DNA of 64,000 nt from Chiloscyllium plagiosum (Eukaryota). A model generated the notes under the pieces. That model searched no databases. It was not told where the DNA came from and was given only the letters and a program-made list of their open reading frames with translations. The stretch is from the NCBI RefSeq assembly GCF_004010195.1, contig NC_057749.1, forward strand, positions 9,956,728-10,020,727, given 5' to 3'. The first letter of the stretch is position 1. Every line of letters starts with the position of its first letter. The position numbers and the translations under genes were made by a program. Below are positions 24,523-38,190 of this stretch, piece after piece.

Positions 24523-25262
24523 AGAACATAGAACATTACAGCGCGGTACAGGTCCTTTGGCCCTCGATGTTGCACCAAACTGTAAAACCAATCTGATGCC
24601 CATCTATCCTACACTATTCCATTCTCATCCATATGTCTATCCAATGACCATTTAAATGCCCCTAACAGTCCACTACTGTTGCAGGCAGTGCGTTCCACGC
24701 CCCTACTACTCTCTGAGTAATGAAGTACCTCTGACATCTGTCCTATACCTATCACCCCTCAATTTAAAGCTATGCCTCCTTGTACTAGCCATCACCATCC
24801 AAGGAAAAAGGCTCTCCCTGTCCACCCTATCTAACCCTCTGATTATCTTATATGTCTCAATTAAGTCACCTCTCAGCCTTTTCCTCTCCAACGAAAACAG
24901 TCTCAAGTCCCTCAGCCTTTTCTCATTGGACCTACTCTCCATACCAGGCAACATCCAGGTAAATCTCCTCTGAACTCTTTCCAAAACTTCCACATCCTTC
25001 CTATAATAGTGACCTGAACTGTACGCAATACTCCAAGTGCAGCCGCACCAGAGTTTTGTACAGTTCCGAAACTCATGGTTCCGAAACTCAATCCTTCTAC
25101 CCATAAAAGCTAACATACCCTATGCCCTCTTAACAACCCTGTCAACCTGGGTGGCAACTTTCAGGGATCTATGTAGATGGACACTGAGATCTTTCTGCTC
25201 ATCTACACTACAAAGAATCTTACCAAGAGTCCAGTACTCTGCATTCCAGTTGCTTCTTCCGA
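24523..25262 (-). mobile_element. CR1 LINE 3' fragment (second subfamily, atgttct tail)
   Basis: ORF 24706-25116 LERVQRRFTWMLPGME...LRGDLIETYKIIRGLDRVDRESLFP. Confidence 0.9.
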
Positions 25263-26253
25263 AAAATATTGAAGACTGTTTTTCTATTTCCACACATGAC
25301 CGGCATACCAAGTATTCCTGATAATTTCTATTACTTCAGATTTCCAACAGCTGAAGTTGCTTTTGTTGTAACTGGAATTCAGTTGCATAGAGGAATAGTA
25401 TCTTAGGTCATAATGATTGATTATGACACAACATAGAAGGTAGGATATAATTTTTATACAAAATGGTACAAGTGCGTAAGTACATGAGTGAGAAATATTT
25501 GGCAGGGTATGGGCCAAATCCTGGCAGTTGAGACTAGTTTAGTTTGGGATCATGATTGGGATGGAGTGGTTGGACCAAAAGGTCAGTTTCTGTGCTGCAT
25601 GATTCAATGCTTATTTTAAATGGCTACATTGAAGATTCTATCTTGATAGTCTGGAAATATATTGTAAGGCTAATGTTCCAGCTGTGCATTAATATTTCTG
25701 CCCTTTATTGTCAGACATCTTATGCAGTCATAAGGATTACATTTTAAGAGGTGCTATGGGGATAAGATGACCGGGAGAAATGCCAACACTTATTTTAGCA
25801 GTGAGTTGCAAGTAATTCATTTCAAGCTATCCTAAATGGAAATGTAATACTTCCTAACTGTTGACCAAATGGCCCATGCGTGGGCTTTGAAATATAACGC
25901 ATCACAGCACCTACCTAATGAGAAAACTGAAGGTATAATATCAAAATTCCAGCATTGATTTATACAGAGTAGAATGATACACTGAACTTCTTCATTGACT
26001 CTGATGAGATTAGTAATTCTTTAAAGAGCTGTTGTGTTAGAATCACACTTATAGTTTTTTGATTAAAGCCAATTGTAAAATGGCTTTGTTGCTCTAAAAT
26101 GATATAGAAAGGGGTCCAAATGGTTGTTCCCTGCCATTTTGAGTGAGTGTCAGTTTATGTAGGTGTGTCTATACTTTACAAATAGATTCAATTTCCATGG
26201 TGATAATGGGCAAATCTTGCTGTCCTTCCTTTATCTTCCTTTATCATCATATG

Positions 26254-26452
26254 GGAGAAAGTGAGGACTGCAGATGCTGGAGGTCAGAGCTGAAAAATGT
26301 GTTGCTGGAAAAGCGCAGCAGGTCAGGCAGCATCCAAGGAGCAGGAGAATCGACAATTTGGGCATAAGAAGGGCTTATGCCCGAAACGTCGATTCTCCTG
26401 CTCCTTGGATGTTGCCTGACCTGCTGCGCTTTTCCAGCAACACATTTTTCAG
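26254..26452 (-). mobile_element. ORF-less palindromic Penelope-derived element with 15-bp TSD
   Basis: TSD ctttatcatcatatg at 26239-26253 and 26453-26467; ~80-bp near-perfect inverted arms. Confidence 0.85.
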
Positions 26453-26774
26453 CTTTATCATCATATGACATTACATCTGATGATCATAATCTGATGATTG
26501 TTAACATAAAGGGTGAGCTACCAAAAATAATTCTCACTTCTGGTTTCAAAAATTAATGTCTGCAAGAAAAATATCTGCATGAGTCTCATTTAATATGTGG
26601 AAAATTGATTGCCATGATTTTTGTGTGTGCACATCGGTTTAGGGCAGGACATGGGTGTAATATGTACATATAGAACCTGGTGATGATATTTTCTCATCAA
26701 ATGGAATTGGGAACTAAACATGAGTAGTAGCAAAGACCAATCTGCATCATCAATTGGAATTAGTATGCTTTTTT

Positions 26775-27400
26775 TAATTGGTCAGAATATTGAGTATGGG
26801 AGTTGGGAAATCATGTTGCGGCTGTACAGGACATTGGTTAGGCCACTGTTGGAATATTGCGTGCAATTCTGGTCTCCTTCCTATCGGAAAGATATTGTGA
26901 AACTTGAAAGGGTTCAGAAAAGATTTACAAGGATGTTGCCAGGGTTGGAGAATTTGAGCTACATGGAGAGGCTGAACAGGCTGGGGCTGTTTTCCCTGGA
27001 GCGTCGGAGGCTGACGGGTGACCTTATAGAGGTTTACAAAATTATGAGGGGCATGGATAGGATAAATAGACAAAGTCTTTTCCCTGGGGTCGGGGAGTCC
27101 AAAACTAGAGGGCATAGGTTTAGGGTGAGAGGGCAAAGATATAAAAGAGACCTAAGGGGCAACTTTTTCACGCAGAGGGTGGTACGTGTATGGAATGAGC
27201 TGCCAGAGGATGTGGTGGAGGCTGCTACAATTACAACATTTAGGAGGGATTTGGATGGGTATAAGAATAGGAAGGTTTTGGAGGGGTGTGGGCCGGGCGC
27301 TGGCAGGTGGGACTAGATTGGGTTGGGATATATGGTCGGCATGGACGGGTTGAACCGAAGGGTCTGTTTCCATGCTGTACATCTCTATGACTCTATGACT
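26775..27400 (+). mobile_element. CR1 LINE 3' fragment (well preserved)
   Basis: ORF 26720-27316 LYRTLVRPLLEYCVQFWSP...FFTQRVVRVWNELPEDVVEA; ctctatgactctatgact tail. Confidence 0.95.
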
Positions 27401-27569
27401 TGAATATGGACAACGCATCAACACCAGGTCTGGAGACTGACATCACCCTGATTGCTATACAAGACTGTATTTGCTTTCCTTGCATCAACTATTGCAAGTG
27501 AAAGGCAGTTTTGATAGTGATTTCTGAAATGTTACTTACTGTATCTTTGTGGAATTATTAATTTTCTTG

Positions 27570-28250
27570 AAAGTGGAGTTGCAGGTAGACAGGAGAGTGA
27601 AGAAAGCATTTGATATGCTTGCCTTTATAGGTCAGTCCATTTAGTATAGGGGTCGGGAGGCCATGTTGAGGCTGTACAGGACATTGGTTAGGCCGCTTTT
27701 GTAATACTTGTTCAATTCTGGTCTCTCTCCGATATCAAGGATGGCATAAAAGTTGAAAGAGTTCAGAAGAGGGTTCAGGACAAGGTTGCTGCCAGGGTTG
27801 GAGGCTTTGAGCTGTAGGGAGAGGCTGAATAGGTTGAGACTATTTTCCCTGGAGTGTTGGAGGCTTAGGGGTGACCTTATGGAGGTTTCTGAAATCATGA
27901 GGGGCATGGGTAGAGTGAATAGCCAAGGTCTTTTTCCCAGAGTAGGGGAGTCCAAAACTAGAGGGCATATGTTTAAGGTGAGAGGGGAAAGATTTAAAAG
28001 GGACCTCAGAGGCAATGTTTTCACGCTGTGGGTAGTGCATGTATGGAATGAGCAGCCAGAGGAAGTGGTGGAGGCTGGTACAATTACAACATTTAAAAGA
28101 CATCCAGGTGGGTATATGAATAGGAAGGGTTTGGAGGGACATGGGTCAAATGCTGGCAAATGTGTCTAGATTAATTTAGGATATCTGGTCGGCATGGATG
28201 AGTGGACCAAAGGCTTTGCTTCCATGCTGTACATCTCTATGACTCTATGA
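27570..28250 (+). mobile_element. CR1 LINE 3' fragment
   Basis: ORF 27753-28169 with the same CR1 motifs and tail. Confidence 0.9.
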
Positions 28251-30530
28251 TAGATTTAATTTTTCACCAACATTTGGTTGTAATTTCTTCCAGTATTTTA
28301 AAATGTTATTTCGATCCAATAATAAAAATCATGTAATTTAATAAACTCATTTACTCATAACACTTACTTACCAAAATATTGTATTTAATGTGCATCATTT
28401 AAGATCCTACCAAAAGAATTGGTTACTTATTTAAAAAAGGAAAGAACTGCTTATTTAAAGGATTTTTATTGGCAGCAGAAAGACACAGTGAGTTGTGACA
28501 CTTGACTTGGTGTGTGCTGCATTGATGGAGGAGAGGTTTATTGGGAGTTTCCTTGTTAATATTTCTATATAACAACAAGTGACGTTTCCCAGAAATTGAC
28601 TTTCATTTGTGATATTAACACTACATTTGATTTCAAGGATGTCATCTAAACACACACACACACACATTAAAGTTCAGAATTGGAAGGTTTTTTGATGGCC
28701 TTGCTACCCTGACATGATTAATGCCAACAAAACGTCTTCAACCTACATCAGCAAGGACAGTCATTAAGCAAGAAGCCTGGAAAGGAATCCTACTTCTGAG
28801 CTACAAATGGAGATCTTCTGTTTGAAGGAACTCTGTTTCTGAACAAGAACAAGGAACTTGTCATCAGAAAGACACTCTCTCAAAGTTCCCCGCCATCACC
28901 AACCTTGCTGCTGATAACCCTCCACCATTCTGTGACCCCCATCCTGCGACCCTCTACCCTTCCAGGACTTCACTTTGGCTTGGAGTCCCTCATTAATCTT
29001 GGTCCTTTGGTGAGTGCAATACCAACAACTTCCACCACTCTTCATGGCACTGTTGAGTAATGGACTGGTTCTCAGTTGGACTCAATGATCTGGCTGTTCA
29101 TTGGTGGCACCATTTGGTAGTTTGTTCTTGCTGGCATCATTTCCACTCTTGATGGTCCTTGATCCGTGTGAAAACCCACTGCCTACTTTTGTGTGAAGTG
29201 ACTGAGAGGCACGTAATACACAGGCCTTTCCCAAGGAAGATGACAAAAGAACACCTGCCCTTTCACCAGCTGACAGGTGAAACTCCCATCACCTGTACTA
29301 AATACACCCTAACAGTGGGTCATTTTGATCATCTGATCAACATATTAAAGAGCAGGAAGCAAAGGGTTAAGTGTTTGCAAGTTGCACATTTGGCATTTTA
29401 GCTGAATAGTGTATGGCAGCAACATGAAGGGGAAACTTTGGGGGGAGAAAGCACATCAAGTTGGTTATTTAACACAAATCTGTGAAATGTGGTTGTCAGA
29501 CATTGAGCTTGTCATAGAGTCATAGAGATATACAGCATGGAAACAGACTCTTCAGTCCAACTCGTCCATGCTGACCAGATATCCCAACCCAATCTAGTCC
29601 CACCTGCCAGCACCCAGTCCATATCCCTCCAAACCCTTCCTATTCATATACCCATCCAAATGCCTCTTGAAGTGTTTAAGGAATGAAGCACACTTTGAAA
29701 ATATAAGCATATTTTAACAGTTGGCTTGGATTCTATAACACAGTCAGACATAAACAAAGCCAGACAACTTTTAGCTCAGTGCTATTGTGCAAAGACTCAT
29801 TGAATCTCCACTTTCATTTCACTGTGTCAAAAAACTTGTTGTAGAATAGAACCAATAATCATAGGGGAAATTGTTCAGACATTCCACTGTATCGCTAAGC
29901 CAGGAGTAAGAAAATAATTTCAAATATAAGCTACATAATCACTTCATTGTTACAGTACTTTGGTGAAAATGGGAATTATTCATGTAGATTGAGATAAAAC
30001 CATGGCCAATGTTGCAAACCTGACCCTCCAACCCTGCGTCAAATGGAAGTTAATTTGCATCTAAAGAGATGTTTGTATAAGTTATTAGAACTGACATTGC
30101 TTTCAGTTAACCTGTTTGTTTCTCTTTTCAATACTTCTTCATCAGTTTTTTAGATGTTTACAATGCTGTTTAATGTACCAGCATTTATACTTGGTTGTGA
30201 CATTTAGCAGCTAGTATGGCCTGTCTTTGTAAGATACAATTTAGGTATTTACAATGAGGAAATGATCTGAAAAGGCCATTGTAGTTGCTTGTATATTCCA
30301 GTCTCTGGGGTCAATGCCAGTTACCCTTCCTCCTTCTTGTGTAGAGCTATTTTGTATCTGTAACATAGTCATGAACACATTCACTCTAAGTGAGTTAACA
30401 ACTCTATTTAAATGCTACCCACTGCAACTTACACAACCCATAAAGATTAGCATATTGTCCAGTTCCATCCTACAAGATTCCTCGATCATTCTCAATTTTC
30501 ACTTACCCTTCTCTGACTGTGAAAGATATT

Positions 30531-30782
30531 GATTAGATTAGATTAGATTAGATTAGGTTAGATTACTTACAGTGTGGAAATAGGCCCTTCGGCCCAACAA
30601 GTCCACACCGATCCTCCGAAGAGCAACCCACCCAGACCCATTCCCCAACATTTACCCCTTTACCTAACACTACAGGCAATTTAGCATGGCCAATTCACCT
30701 AACCTGAACATTTTTGGACTGTGGGAGGAAACTGGAGCACCCAGAGGAAACCCACGCAGACACGGGGAGAACGTGCAAACTC
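30531..30782 (-). mobile_element. HE1-type V-SINE (partial)
   Basis: (GATTA)n tail; V-domain gaggaaacccacgcagacacggggagaacgtgcaaactc. Confidence 0.85.
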
Positions 30783-32353
30783 TTTGGGCTGGATTTCTGG
30801 CAGGGAAAGCAAAGTGGAATGGAAAGGGTGATAGGATTAGCCTGCATCACCATGGTGTCTCTAGTATCAACCCGACCAGTTGGCAGAAAGGTCAGTCAGT
30901 GATATGAGGGCTGGATGGTTGGTTTGTGATCCAGAGTGACGCCAGTAGCCTGGGGTCGATTCCCGCGTCAGGCTGAGGTGACCATGAAGGACTCTCCATC
31001 TCAACCTCTCCCCTCGCCTGAGGTGTGGTGACACTCAGGTTAAACCACCAGCAGTCATCTCTTCCTACTGACAGATCAGCCCCAAAGTCTGGTCAGACTA
31101 TGGCAATTTTACGTTTATGCGAACAATCAGGCATTAAAGGTGGGAATTTAGGCCAGACAGGGGTTACGCCTGAACTGGTAGTTGACCATAGCTCCCACTT
31201 AAAGATCCCCCTACTCTCTACACTGTTGCTGTCTCTATGCTGGCTGAGAAACAGGGAAGATATAAATCCCTCTGACAGGCTTGGTCCCATTGGCAGGCTA
31301 TTGCATCCCCCTTGTGCTGCTTCTTCATACCTGGAGTAAACCACTCCCAAAGTTTTATTTTGTTTCCAGTGCAAATCCCAAAGACGTAAATGGGCAATGA
31401 AAGATTTCTGTCAGTCATAACTCGCTAATTTCATTTTTCAAAATCACATTTGAGCTTCTGATTTTCAGCATGTGTTTCCCTTCCTTATTGTCCCAGACTG
31501 TGCTGGGTGGGATAGGAGAGGTGGAGGACTGCTGTCTGCCAGATTTACCAAATTCAGTCTCAGTCCCTATAGCAGCACAATTCACATACAGGCACTGGTG
31601 AAGAGACATTGCACAAAAGATTATTTGAAATGATACAAAATCTGCAAGGTCATACTAATCAGGATAGCTTCATCAGGCTGTGACTCTATTTTTTGGCTTG
31701 AAAAACTAAGACACCCTCGCTGAAGTCTTTATGATTATTGAAGTCTTTGATAGTGTTGATGTAGACCCCTTTGATCTTTTCATCCTGGTTTGCTATGATT
31801 TGCCTGTATTACTCGCAAAACAAAGCTTCTCACTGTACTTAGGTACATGAGACTACAACAAATCAAATCAAATAAAACAAAATCAAAAAGCGAACTTCAC
31901 TTGCAGGAGAGGCCAGAACTAAGGGCCATACCCAAAGATTGTGAAGACTAACTCTATTATTGAAATTAAAAAAAATGCCTTAGCTAGAAATTCATGAGAA
32001 TGTGGAACGCTATGCCACCCTGATTTGTTGACAGAATGGTATTCATTAATTGAAGGGAAGTGGATAACCACTCAAGGGAAAAAGGAACAAAAGGATTTGT
32101 CGATGGGGTTAAATGTAAAAGGGTTAAGAGTAGGCTACATAGTAGATTTTGTTGGGTGCAATGACTGTTTCTGTGCTTTGAATTATATTAGATTGGAAAC
32201 TTGCCACACAGATGTAAATCTAGATTTAATGCTAGGGCATAGTCTAAATTGTTACATCGGAGCACCGTACCAAATCCTCCTTATACTTACGATAAACTGT
32301 CGGCTCTGCTAACTATGGATATCAAGTGGCTCTAAATATATATTTAATTACAG

Positions 32354-32441
32354 GATGGAGCGTGATGCCAATTTTGCTCAAAAAAAGGCAGAACGAGCAA
32401 CATTGAGAACACATTTAAGGGACAAGTACAAGCTCCCAAAG
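32354..32441 (+). CDS. CPLX3: Complexin-3 coding exon 2
   Basis: ttacag|G ATG GAG... [29 protein letters not shown] |gtaagc; SNARE-binding central helix; phases 2/0 fit the neighbouring exons. Confidence 0.95.
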
Positions 32442-32772
32442 GTAAGCTGTTTATTTTTGTTTTGATGTTAACATCAGTATGATATTTTATCCAGCTTTTC
32501 TCAAAGTTTTTAGGATAGTGTTGTTGCTGTTGTTATTATTCTATCATTGGCTTTGGGCTATATTTTACTGATTAATTTTACCGCATCTTAAATTTTCCTG
32601 CACACTGTTTTAATGTGGAACTTTGTTCACTCCAGTCCAAGACCGGCACCTGCGGATATTAACTGGGACTGTAGAAAACTACAACTCCACAAATCCTATT
32701 TCTATCATTCCTGGAGTAATGACAGATTCTTGTTTTACATTTATTGAGCAGTGCACATCATGATAAGAATAT

Positions 32773-33800
32773 AGAACATAGAACATAGAACATTACAGCG
32801 CAGTACAGGCCCTTCGGCCCTCGATGTTGCGCCGCCCTGTCATACTAATCTGAAGCCCATCTAACCTACACTATTCCATGTACGTCCATATGCTTGTCCA
32901 ATGACGACTTAAATGCACTTAAACTTGGTGAATCTACTACCCTTGCAGGCAAAGCATTCCATACCCTTACTACTCTCTGAGTAAAGAAACTACCTCTGAC
33001 ATCTGTCTTATACCTAACTCCCCTCACTTTAAAGTTGTGCCCCCTCGTGTTTGCCGTTCCCATACTTGGAAAAAGGCTCTCCCTGTCCACCCTATCTAAC
33101 CCTCTGATTACCTTGTATGTCTCTATTAAGTCACCTCTCAATCTTCTTCTCTCTAACGAGAACAGCATCAAGGCCTTCAGCCTTTCCTCGTAAGACATTC
33201 CTTCCATACCAGGCAACATCTTACCACTAGCCCAGTACTTTGCATTCTGATTACTCTGTCCAAAGTGTATCACCTCACACTTGTCCACATTAAACTCCAT
33301 TTGCCACCTCTCAGCCCAGCTCTGCATCCTATCTATGTGTTTCTGCAACCTACTACATCCTTCGTCACTATCCACAACTCCACCAACCTTAGTGTCGTCC
33401 ACAAATTTACTAACCCACCCTTCTAAGCCCTCATCCAGGTCATTTATAAAAATGACAAACAGCAGTGGACCCAACACCGACCCTTGCGGCACGCCGCTAG
33501 TAACTGGACACCAAGATGAACATGTTCCATCAGCTACAACTCTCTGTTTTCTTTCAGCAAGCCAATTACTGATCCAAACTGCAATGTCTCCCACAATCCC
33601 ATTCCTCTGCATTTTGTATAATAGCTACTGTGGGGAACCTTATCGAACGCCTTGCTGAAATCCATATACACCACATCAACCGGTTTACTCTCATCTACCT
33701 GTTTGGTCACTTTGTCAAAAAAGTCAATAAGATTCGTTAGGCACGACCTACCCTTCACAAAGCCATGCTGACTGTCCCTGATCAGATTATTCTTTTCTAT
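32773..33800 (-). mobile_element. CR1 LINE RT fragment with internal deletion
   Basis: ORF 32866-33612 [21 protein letters not shown]...FVDDTK; YMDFSKAFDKVPH; (ATGTTCT)n tail. Confidence 0.95.
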
Positions 33801-34013
33801 TGTGAAAAGAATGTGTGAAAAAAATTAAAGAAATTTGTGTCAATCCCTTTGATTGTCACTACTGGCACCTGATGGTATGTGCCCCTCTGTTGGTACATGG
33901 CTGAGAGTAAGACTTGTTTAAGATATGTTGATGACACCAGACCTCTTTGTCTACACTTAATCTATGGCCTGTCTAATGATCAGTGGTACAGGATACACCA
34001 CTATGGAGTATTC

Positions 34014-34640
34014 TGTTATGGACCAGACCAGACCCCCTCAAAATATATTAAGGAGGTAGCCTTGATGCTAACTTTTTCTTATTTTAAAGGTAAATGTAAA
34101 GTGAGTGTTCCAGATGCAATTTCATTGGTCAGACTACTTGATGTTAAGCAAAACATAATTTATTCAAAACATTTATTCAAAATACAACAAAAGAAAGAAG
34201 AACTTAGAATAACTTAAATCTATTGGAAAACTTAATAGAATAATAAATACAGTAACTATTCCTAATTAACTGTTCTAATACAGTAACATCCCATAAACAC
34301 ACCTTGTGGCGCAAAGGTACATTCAGAAAATAGGTTTTGTCTCACATGTAATGCAGCACCTTGGAAGAACATACCCAGCTTTTGGATGGTATTGAGAGAG
34401 GGAAAAATAGCTTGCATGTCTTCAACCCCACAACAGCAACTGCTGAAATTGAAACTAAACATCCTGGATCTGTGAGAACCTGACCACACCATTCAGGCTG
34501 CTTCTATTGTTCCAACTTAAAAGAAGAACACAAGGCCTCACAAGTTGTTTATCTTCTTACAGACTGCTCAGTATTTGCCCCCAACCTCTCTCTAAAATAA
34601 GCCAGAGCAAAACATGTCTTAAAGCCCCAGCATTATCACG
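34014..34640. mobile_element. Possible solo LTR
   Basis: ~630-bp block starting TGTTAT and ending ATCAC(G), i.e. imperfect TG..CA termini; no clear TSD. Confidence 0.3.
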
Positions 34641-36266
34641 CTTTATAGAACAGAAAATATTAAATAATTTATTGCATGAGAGCAATTATATTACCAGTTA
34701 GGCAGCATTACTAGAATTGTTGGGAATTGTACAAAGTCCACTCCTTATGAAGATTACTGTTGAACTCTCAGATCCCACTTATAGAGAGTGTAATAAGTGG
34801 CACTCAATGTAACATGAATATTAACTCCTTCAGAACCATGATCTTATACATCTCCCACTGAGATTTAACCAAACAGTTAAGCCATTTACCTACATGTGTA
34901 TAACTGAATTAAAATTTACCACAACTTCATATCAAACTCCCCTCCCCCCATCACCACCACCTTTCCCACCACCCCCAATCCTGACTTCTCAAACACAGGC
35001 AGTCTGAGCATTTCACAATTCTCACAGATTGCATTCCCTTTGCACTTGGAAGAGTGTTCAGTCTGCTACTGGAGGTCTATTGACTTTGGTTCAGAATTAT
35101 GGGTATCATTTATGCCACTCATTGTGTGGTCTGCCACTTCTGCCCAGAATGTGATTCAGAGTAAGTGGCGTTTGAGGTAGTTTGTGTCCATCAACCTTCC
35201 TTTCTCTATCCTTTGTCTAGGGCCTATCTAATGATGATTGGTAAAGGATTGCACCACTTTACAAAGTCTTTACAAAAATTTACTGTTGTTATTTCACAAT
35301 AGTTTTGGACAAGAGCAACAAGCACAAAACTACATTAAAAGTCAGGCATTATTACCAGAACTGAGGGCTGCACAGAATACATCTTCCTCTGAAGTTTAGT
35401 GTTGAACTCATTGTGTCCACCCATGAAGATCACCTGACTGTGTGGAGCTCAATGTACTGTAGTCATGAACTCCTTCCAAACCATGACATTGTACAACACT
35501 CGGGGTCATTCAGCCCCTCATTCATTCCGTCAAGGTCCAAGCAACTCCATACTGAATTTCAGGATTTTCCTTGTTCCATTTCCTGACAGGTTATTCCAAA
35601 TGTTTATGGATGTTTGAGGATTGAGGAATTTTTTAACCAAGTAAATATTAACTAATCTCTTCACTAATTCATTCTGCCATCTCCTTGTCCTCCTGGCCTG
35701 TCTTCCCTTGAAGTATTAATCTTCATTTTTTGCTTAATATATGGTACTCCTGGATGAGGTCCTTCCTTAATCTTCTTCTATGGCATTTGTTTGTGTTAAT
35801 CTGACCTCTCCTCAGAGCCAGTTGGGGGATTACTCTTGTTGCTGATCTACATCCTCCTCAGTATATCTGCATCGCATTTCTTCTGATGGACGGATCTGTA
35901 TGCAGTGATAATGCATTGAAGTCTTTCCCATTAATTTGAGAAGCATTATGATTTCTTTATACCCTTAGAGTATACCCTTTCTTTAGAGTACAAGAAGTAA
36001 CCTCTATTTGTTCAGATATACTCATAAAAATAACACGAATACAAAAATAAACATAAAAACACTTTTTTAAAAATGAGGAGAGAGCCACATGTTCCCTTAA
36101 GGTTCTGCAAGCGTTTACCAAATCTATGGCCAAATTGATCTTTGCCTTACCCACTTTTTGACCCATTCTCCGTGAAGTACCTGCACCTGATTATCTGCTG
36201 CCTGACATGAAGATTGAATTCAGATACACACTTCAGAATAATTAGTTTCTAGGCATGGGGAATAAA

Positions 36267-36440
36267 TTAGATTAGATTAGATTAGATTACTTACAGTGTG
36301 GATACAGGCCCTTCGGCCCAACAAGTCCACACTGACCTGTCGAAGCGCAACCCACCCAAACCCCTACATGTACCCCTTTTTACCTAACACTACGGGCAAT
36401 TTAGCATGGACAATTCACCTGACCCGCACATCTTTGGACT
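36267..36440 (-). mobile_element. HE1-type SINE 3' half
   Basis: (ATTAG)n tail, cacactgtaagtaatc end. Confidence 0.85.
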
Positions 36441-36542
36441 AAATCAATCACAATGGTTGTTGAGAAAGGTAGCAAGATGCTTCTCGGTTTGTCTGAGATG
36501 TTTCTGTTATTTCAGTAAAGAATGAACCCGTTCTAATCTAAG

Positions 36543-36806
36543 TGGGTGACACGGTGGCACAGTGGTTAGCACTGCTGCCTCACAGCGCCAGAGACCCGGG
36601 TTCAATTCCCGCCTCAGGCGACTGACTGTGTGGAGTTTACATATTCTCCCCGTGTCTGCGTGGGTTTCCTCCCACAGTCCAAAAATGTGCAGGTTAGGTG
36701 AAAGGGTAAATGTAGGGGAATGGGTCTGGGTGGGTGTGCTTCGGCAGGTCGGTGTGGACTTGTTGGGTCGAAGGGCCTATTTCCACACTGTAAGTAATCT
36801 AATCTA
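36543..36806 (+). mobile_element. HE1-type V-SINE
   Basis: A box ggcacagtggttagc, B box gggttcaattccc, V-domain, (TAATC)n tail. Confidence 0.9.
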
Positions 36807-37965
36807 AGAGATGCAATTTCTGTTGTAATCTAATCTAATCAGTTAAATTAAACAGATTACTTAAATGAGAGACAAAGGATTTTATATAAAGGCATAGCAC
36901 CTTTGTTACTGATACCATGCACGATGGTCACAGCCTGTGGATGTTGGGAACAAATTACTGCAGATGCTGGAATCTGAACTGAAAGCAAGAAGGGCTGGAG
37001 ATCACAGCAGGTCAGGTAGCATCCATGGGGAGAAAGCAAGCTAATATTTTGAGTTTTGATATCTCTTCAGCTCTGTGAGGTGTCATCTTGACTTGAAACA
37101 TGAGCTCGCTTTCTCTGTGGATGTCAGCTTAGGATGGAAGAGAAGATAAACATAGGTGCCTCTCTGAGCTGCATAAGAAAACCCTGGGCAACTCTAGCTC
37201 CAGAACTCCATCCATATAATAATAGTCATCTCTAGATTACTTTCTCCTCCTGAGTTCACAGGGGTAAAGTTACAGAAGAGTGTCCTGGGACAATGTAGGT
37301 GACACTGAGAAAGAACATTAGCCACAACTCTAACAGAGAGAAAGAAAGAATAAACTTTTCCAAGTTAAAAATGTATCAGAACAATTGAAGGAGCTGAAAG
37401 TGTAAATTTGCTTGAGTGCTGTTGCAGGCAGGTTTGATGTGTTGTTAAGGGGGTGGTTTCAGGATCCTGCAATTAAGAGATTAATTAAAAGGTAATCCAG
37501 AACCTGAAGTAGAAACAAGCTCAACCTTGTAATTTGACCTTGACTGTCAAGTGGAGTTGTTGTGGTTAGTAATTTACTGAATTTAATCCCTTGTCAAAGC
37601 TACTGTTTGCCTTATTTCTTCTATTAATAACCAAGACAATGAGCGTTTTTCTATTGCTTACAGCTGTTTATATGTTGTCATGTATGTTTATGCATAAGAA
37701 CAGAAAGTGCTGGAGAAATTCAGCAGGACTGGCAGCACCTATGGAGAGAGACACAAAGTTAATGTTTCAAGTCCAAGGGGTTGGAGTGAGTTTCTCCAGC
37801 ACTTTCTGCTTTTCTTTCAGATCTCCAGCATCCACAGTATTTTCCTTTTAAGCATTGCCTGTGTTAAATTAGCCAAGGTGTGATTTCTGAGACAGCCACA
37901 TATTTGGTGGATCGATCAGGCTTCAAAGCACTGTGGATATTACTATGAATTTTTGTTCTTCCCAG

Positions 37966-38190
37966 AGCGAATTGGATGAAAACCAAATCCAGTTGGCCGG
38001 CGGGGATGTGGAACTGCCAAAGGAGTTGGCTAAAATGATCGAAGAGGATAACGAAGAGGAGGCAGAGAAGGACTCGGTGTTGGGGCAGCTGGCCAACATT
38101 CAGAACCTTGACCTTGACCATTTGAAAAACAAAGCTCAAGCAACTCTGCAAGACTTCAAGCAAACGGCAGAGAAGTGTTGCCTCATGTGA
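37966..38190 (+). CDS. CPLX3: Complexin-3 coding exon 3
   Basis: ttcttcccag|[78 protein letters not shown] end; spliced CDS 471 nt = 156 aa; AATAAA at 38291-38296. Confidence 0.95.
   Translation, partial: SELDENQIQLAGGDVELPKELAKMIEEDNEEEAEKDSVLGQLANIQNLDLDHLKNKAQATLQDFKQTAEKCCLM

Noticed and set aside
36543..36615. tRNA genes at A/B-box sequences
   Set aside because: These are SINE heads continuing into the V-domain, with no complete cloverleaf
16639..38190. CPLX4 (and hence LMAN1) assignment
   Set aside because: [29 protein letters not shown] and AEKC match CPLX3 better than CPLX4 (MISNQVKN, AGDDVDLPEDLRKMVDED), as recalled
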